Source: the human T2T-CHM13v2.0 reference genome, Homo sapiens. From it: a stretch of DNA of 64,000 bases. Shown here piece after piece: positions 57,700-64,000 of the stretch. Numbering within the stretch: the first letter of the stretch is position 1; every line of letters starts with the position of its first letter. The position numbers and the translations under genes are program-made. The notes below the pieces were generated by a model that ran no database searches, was not told the origin of the DNA, and was given only the letters and a program-made list of their open reading frames with translations. The stretch lies in assembly GCF_009914755.1 (NCBI RefSeq), contig NC_060928.1. One strand, given 5' to 3'.

Positions 57700-57790
57700 T
57701 CAAAGCCCAACATCTGGAATCAGAGCCAGTATTTTAATGCAAGACAGTTGGCTCCTGAATTCATGGTTCTTCCACTGTGCCTCACAGACT
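57700..57790 (-). mobile_element. MIR fragment
   Basis: CAGAGCCAGTATTTTAA...GGCTCCTGAATTCATGGTTCTTCCACTGTGCC. Confidence 0.55.
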
Positions 57791-60269
57791 AGATGCTGTA
57801 TAAAGTAGATTAATTGCTTCTGTCTTTGGAAAGCTTTCAGACTAGAACACACGAAGTAGGGAGCTTTGTGGAACCTATAAAATTCTGTAATCCTGCAAAA
57901 CACTGACCCAGTGCTAGAATATCTGGAATAGAGGATGAAATCCTAACACCCAAGCTGTGAACACTAAGAAAGCACCGTGAGCTTGGGAATCAAGAAGGGA
58001 AATTAACAGAATAGTCAAATGAGAGTCTGGATAAGAAGAACTGCAAGGATAATGCTGTGGTCTGGATGTGAAACAGAAGCCTGCTCGAAGCTGAGCATTA
58101 GTTTTCAGTGAAGGTTCATTAAATCCCAAGTCTCTCAAGATGTCTAGAGATAAAAGTAGGCTGGGAAACTGCCTTTTACTAGAATGGGACTGGAACCAGT
58201 AATAGGAATGAGACCAGGAACCAAGGAATCTCTCTTTGTGCTGCCACTGCCCCCTAAACACTGCTTCTGTTTTCCTCTAGATGTGTGCATCTCCTTTTTC
58301 CTCTATTTATAAACAACTTTCTCAGTTTATCTATGTACATAGTGGAAAATTATCACTCCAGGGAAGTCCCTGAATTCTAGTTGCCCACAAAGACTGATGA
58401 AAATCACTGCATCTCAATTAGAAATTCCCTGGAGAGACAAGCGAATTGATCAGGATATGGTCAGAGGTTCCCGGAGGTCAAAGTAGGTTCTGTGACCTCT
58501 GGCTGCGTATCTGGTGATGATATAGGCAGATACTCTCAGGAGGGGACTTGGTACAGGAGGCAAATTGACATGTTTGCTATAATTGGTATTAAGCCAAATT
58601 GGGAAGCTAGAGATTTTGGTTTCATCCTTCTGTTCTTTTCTGGTGTGTCTGAGGTCATTCAGGAATCATCACAGCCTACCCCAATGTATTTGGCTGCCAA
58701 CATTATCACCTCTTTGAAAATTATTTTTTTCTCTCATTAAGAAGTTTTGTGAGTGATCATTTTGCAAAACTGACTTTTTCAGATTCTGCTTTTACCACCT
58801 GATGTGTAAGACACAGCATATGAGAGCTATTTGGAAACTAAAGCAGAAAACGAATGCCAAATCTCACGATCATATAACTTTATGATGAGTTGAATGCCAC
58901 CTGGATAACGTAGTAGAAAATGCTTCTTAAGATCTTCGTCTCAACTGTGCTTAGTCATCTTCTAGATTGTAGAACATCGCTTGATGATCTTTGCAAATTT
59001 CTATCAGAAATAAGAAACCCAAATGAAGGAATAAACTTAAAGTTGACAGCCCAGTTTCTGTGACCTCTCATTGACACTTCTTTGGAGTGTATGTCCTGTG
59101 CAGACTGGGCCTGGGCAGTCTTTGATCTATTTTGAACAGATGCCTGTAACAAAAAGTTAGCTGGGCTTTAGGGACAGCTAGTGTCTCCACAGGCTGTAGA
59201 ATGTTATTAGGGCTTGATTGCAATCTGCTGACATGATAGAACTGAATTAAAGAACAGGAACTGCCTGCTTGGCAGCTCTGAGAGCAATTGGAAAGCTCAG
59301 AGAAGGCACAAGCAATAAGGAAGAAGGAACGCTGACAGAAGCTGGGCAGGCAGACAGGGCTGTTTAATTCAAAGGGGTGGATGTTAATTAATTTATTTTG
59401 GGTGAGGGAGATCTGATTTCTAAGCTAGACTACAAGCTGTTGCCAGTGTAGTTGAGGACAATGTCCTAACAGCTGTAGGAATATCATGCATCTTCTGGGT
59501 GGCTGACCTCATATCATATCCATCTTCCTGTGTCCAGATTAACCATGCACTGGCAGTTGGACCTGAGCAGCTCATTTTTCTTACCCTTCAACATTACTTT
59601 TATTTTACGTGTCTGTCTAGCTGCTTTTCTCTGCTCCTAGCTCCACCAAAAATTTCCCTGGAGCCTCACAACTATCCATGGCAAGTGAAAAGAAAAACAA
59701 ACATAAATGAATTGGAAATTGTCACTCCTGCTAGAATGGCATGATTTTAAATACATGAAGACTTACCTTCGCATACTTTTAAGACAGGTCAAATGCTATC
59801 CAGAGAAAAAGGCTAGGCATTAAAATACACTAAAGAAAATGTCAGGCTTATGGTTTCCTGATTTCCTGCCTGGTCCTCTGCTCTTTCACTGCTGAAAATT
59901 ATTTTCCTTCAATTCCATTGTTTCACCTAACAAAGGACATGTCTAATGATTTCCTCCCACATGCAGTTCTACAGAGGCATTTATTATAGTAATTAATTTT
60001 TCAAGGCAAAAAAGAGTGTGGTGTATTATGAAATACAAACAGAAGTGAACGAAAGTTTTTGAGTGATCTTCCAAAGTATTTTGATGTAGTGGAAAGAGCA
60101 CTATCTTTGGGTATAGAAAATTTGGTTGAAGCAAGTCACTTAAAAATCTAAGCAATCTTGTTCATGTTTGTTAGAAGTCATCAATCTGTGGCATTAAAAG
60201 GGTGAATTTTAATGTATGTAAATTATACTTATGTGGCTAGAAAAACTTAAGGAACAACTATGCTTTGCT

Positions 60270-61150
60270 CATTAAATATAAAAATAATACATGCTCATTT
60301 GAAAATACAGAAAAGTACAAAAAAGTAAAACCTAACCATAACACTGCAACCACAGGTAATCACATATTTATTTTCTGAGCACAGTGGGGTGAACTAATTG
60401 TACTCTACTGTTCATGGAAAACTATCATTTCTGGTCCATGGAAATCCCCTTGTTGTCTTTCATTCTTTATTCTCACTCCTATTTCTCTCCTCTATTTTAT
60501 ATATACCTATTGGATATATATTTGACTTATATTCAGTAGAATATGTAGAATATTGTACATATTCTACAATACCCTTGTAGAATATGTGGTATTGCTTCAT
60601 GCATGAATCTGTTTTTATTCTATGTAAAAGATATGTTATTACCTTTAGAACCCATTCTATTTTGAAATTATTTTATTCAATACAAAGTATTAAGGATTTA
60701 TCTGGGTTTGTGTAAATTCAGTTTATTGAGTCCCATTTCTACAAAGCAGTTTACAAATATGTTGTTTACCAGGTTCCCACAACCCCACACAATATTGAAA
60801 CAAGTATCCTCATACATGTCCCCTCATGGTTCTGTGAGACAACTTCTTTTGGTTACATACCCAGGAGTGGGATTGCTGGGTCATGGATCCAGAATATCTA
60901 TATCAGTGTACAAGCCCATCAGTAATTTGGGAAGATTCTCCATTCTCTGACACTTAGGTATTTAATTAGCTTTCTCTATGTATTAAAAACAGAAATTTTC
61001 CTTTTATGTAATTTACTTGTAAAGCTGTTTTACTATGGACATTTCTTCATGTTTTAAAATAGCATACTAATGCCTATATTTAAAGCCAGACATTCATTAT
61101 TGTACTATCATCATTTGTTTTACTGAGATCCTTTTTGTTATATTTAGGTA
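60270..61150 (-). mobile_element. L1ME-like degenerate fragment
   Basis: AATAATACATGCTCATT...GAAAATACAGAAAAGT; CATACCCAGGAGTGGGATTGCTGGGTCATGG. Confidence 0.6.
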
Positions 61151-63179
61151 AAACATACTTCTAATATAGGACACAGACAAGACTCCAGTAAAGCAGCATA
61201 ATTATCAAATTAATAATTAAATAATCCACAGACACTTGAACATGAATAGGGATCCACTTTTCACTAATCTTGGAGCGTTTCTAAGTACAACTCTTTAGTT
61301 AGAAGAAACTAATGAAATGTTGAATGAAAAGATAAATGATTCAATAAATAAAATGATAAACTGACAGGAAATGAAAACTTGACTTCCAGAGCAATTATAT
61401 ACTATGACAGTCATGTTGCTGTGCATACATTTAGTCAATGGAAGTAAAAAACAGCCATGAGGAATATCATGTCTCTTTTGCAGAGGGAGACCAAACTTAA
61501 ATGCCTAGACTCATTAGCCAGAATTACCTTAGAGTAGCATAGAATTTTAAAAATAAAATCCTTCAGTTTTAGCAATATGCTTACTTTTCTTATGCTAAAC
61601 CTCCTTGCAGGTTTCCTTATGCAGTTTAGGGGACTTAAGCCAATATTTACACTCCATTCTATTCCATAGTGATTCAATATTTTTAGGTGTTTGATGTACA
61701 TATCGATTATTCATCCCTTCTCTTATGCCATCTCTGATACAAATCTTTAAGGGCTAGGATGATACTTTTAGATCATCAATGATTTTCCACAAATTGACTT
61801 TGGAGAATTCAATATTGACATGCTGAACAAGACAGATCTATGAAGAAGGATTTATTTTAGCATACGCAAATTAAATAGATTCATACACTTAGATTAAGAA
61901 TTGTTCTTTAAAAGAGTCTTTAACATTTAACTTCAAAATTTTCTATGATATAGAATACAAAGTGATATATATAAAAGGAATTCCAAAAACTCAAGTGTAT
62001 GAAACAAACAGGATGAGGGTGTTAACAATAATTCCTTTCTAAAATGTAACTCTCTGCACTTGTTTGAAATTTAGACTTTTATGGGGGATGAGAAACTTCT
62101 GAAAAAGATGAAATAAGCTTCCATGAAAATATTATTTTTTGATGAGAGGATATAATTTGCTATGCACTGTGCTTTGCATCAGAATAATATAATTTATTTA
62201 TGAAGGACAATTACTTTCCTTAAGAAGGGAGCTGAAAGCAGACTATAGACTAGGAAATATCTCATTCTTTTACTGTGTACTTACTCAGAACAAAGAGAAT
62301 TATTTTCTCTGAAGAAACTCTATTTTTAGAATACCACTATTTTACACACAAATGATTCAAGGTAGGCTTACAAACTTTGGGAGGTTAAAATATTCATGTT
62401 CAAATAGTTCTGTGTTGGTATTTGAACTGCACGGTAACCTGAAGAGGAAAAAGCTGAGCAGGCCACTTTTTGGTTGGGTGAGAATTGACTTTGTTCATAT
62501 ACATATGGGCAGGGCCAAGGGCAATGCTAGGTACATGAGATGTGCTTAAAACATGTATGCTGAATAAATTAATGGGATGAGAAATTAAACAATTGCAATT
62601 GAAAGGGAAAAGTGAAAAGATAAAGATGAAGATTGATTTTCTGACTTTTTGAAAAGTTACTGGCATTCAACTTCAAGTCAAATGCTCCATTAATATAGGA
62701 CACAGACTGGCAGGAATAACATAATAACTGGGACTAATTTTATCTTGTGGTGCCTCACTTTCACCAATCTTGAAAGCGAATATGTTAATATTTATCTTCT
62801 ATCTTTATTTTTCCTATGTCTCCTTTTCTTTAGTTGTTTCATAACATAATTTATTTTTATGTTGCTATATAAGCTACCTCATATGCATTTTTGTAGGCTT
62901 CTTTTAATCCCTATCAGAATGGGGTAGAGTAAATATGAATATAAATAATCATAGCTGTTTTATTTTAAATTAGTTCCCCTATAAGTAAGCCTTCATAAAC
63001 TCTTTGTAAACAAACATTTGTAGACATATATGAAAGGTCATTATTAACACTCTCTCTGTGTATTGCTCAGTACTATTTTAAGTAAAATATAAGGTTAGTC
63101 CCCCCATTGTAAGTCCACAGCTAATGTGATCCTGGAGATCCTCATTCTGTTGGTCCATGTTAGTATTAGCATGTGACTC

Positions 63180-63265
63180 AAACACTTAGTGCAAGTTTTC
63201 CCATCTGTAAAATCTGTGTTTCATAATTCACTATTATCACAAATATTATGAGACTAAATAAAGTG
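63180..63265 (+). mobile_element. MIR fragment
   Basis: AGTTTTCCCATCTGTAAAAT...TATGAGACTAAAT. Confidence 0.5.
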
Positions 63266-63327
63266 ATAGGCATTGTTATTTGTCTGTTTCACCTATGACA
63301 GGCATTGTTCTTTGTCTGTTTCACCTA
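63264..63327 (+). repeat. Tandem duplication, 32-bp period
   Basis: TGA(T/C)AGGCATTGTT(A/C)TTTGTCTGTTTCACCTA twice, 2 mismatches. Confidence 0.93.
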
Positions 63328-64000
63328 TTTGTTCTTTTCCATCCTCACCCCTGCCAGGGGGGATTTCCCCTACAATAAAACGTCATACTTATGCTGTGAG
63401 ATGTGATCAATATTGACAAGACTGGAGCCCGTTCCTGTATAGGGGTGAGTGGAGACTGATGTAGTGGCTTTGGCCCACAGAGTGGCAACAAAATGAAGCT
63501 TGGGCCCTGGCAGGAGGGCAGAGAGGCAGAGAAGGAAGAGGGTAGCAGGGAGAAGGAAATCCTGAATGCTTTCCCAAGGCTGGTTTTATTGGAGAGAAAG
63601 ATGACCCTATGGAGATCACAAAGAAATGAATGGCCCATCATCTGGATCCCAGTATGTTCCTGATGATATGCTACTAAGAATGTGCCCTTTCTGGTAATAA
63701 AATTATTTATTACTGGTTCCTCTGGATGCTGCATGACGCTAAATAAAGATTACATATGTATGAGTATTGTGGCATATGCCCATGTTTCATTGAATCTAAG
63801 ATGCAATCAGCTGAAAGATACATCCTTATTTTATGAACCACTAAGAAAGGAAAAAACCCTACTAACTTAACCATGAGGCAGTATTTTATTGTCACTTGAA
63901 ATTTTTATTTTAAACATGTGCAAAAAAGCTCTTCTGAATGTATTTATACATAGATTTCCCTCATTTATCACTCTTGAGTATATATATAAAGGCAAATAAA

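Noticed and set aside
59429-59478. Short hairpin CTACAAGCTGTT...AACAGCTGTAG with inner AGGACA/TGTCCT
   Set aside because: Stem too short and asymmetric for a pre-miRNA; no match to a miRNA I recognise.

Overview
AT-rich primate (very likely human) nuclear DNA with no recognisable protein-coding gene, RNA gene, CRISPR array or prokaryotic system. About half is interspersed repeats: L2, MIR, L1M/L1PA, Alu, MaLR/ERV LTRs and Tigger/hAT DNA transposons, many nested with readable target-site duplications (TSDs). ORFs in the track are transposon remnants (L1 ORF1/ORF2, THE1-int, Tigger4 transposase) or chance frames. The most unusual structure is a twin-primed (5'-inverted) L1PA7/8-like insertion at 9772-11709. 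Its inversion junction contains a ~455-bp inverted copy of unique DNA from just upstream of its own target site, creating a long non-TE inverted repeat. Other points: a near full-length Tigger4 inside MER2, a complete THE1 provirus, a degenerate ~100-bp direct repeat 1.5 kb apart, several recent short tandem duplications, and a TE-free island at ~3.6-5.8 kb with promoter/exon-like signals. Repeat subfamily names come from recalled consensus sequences, not a RepeatMasker run; old-repeat boundaries are approximate.
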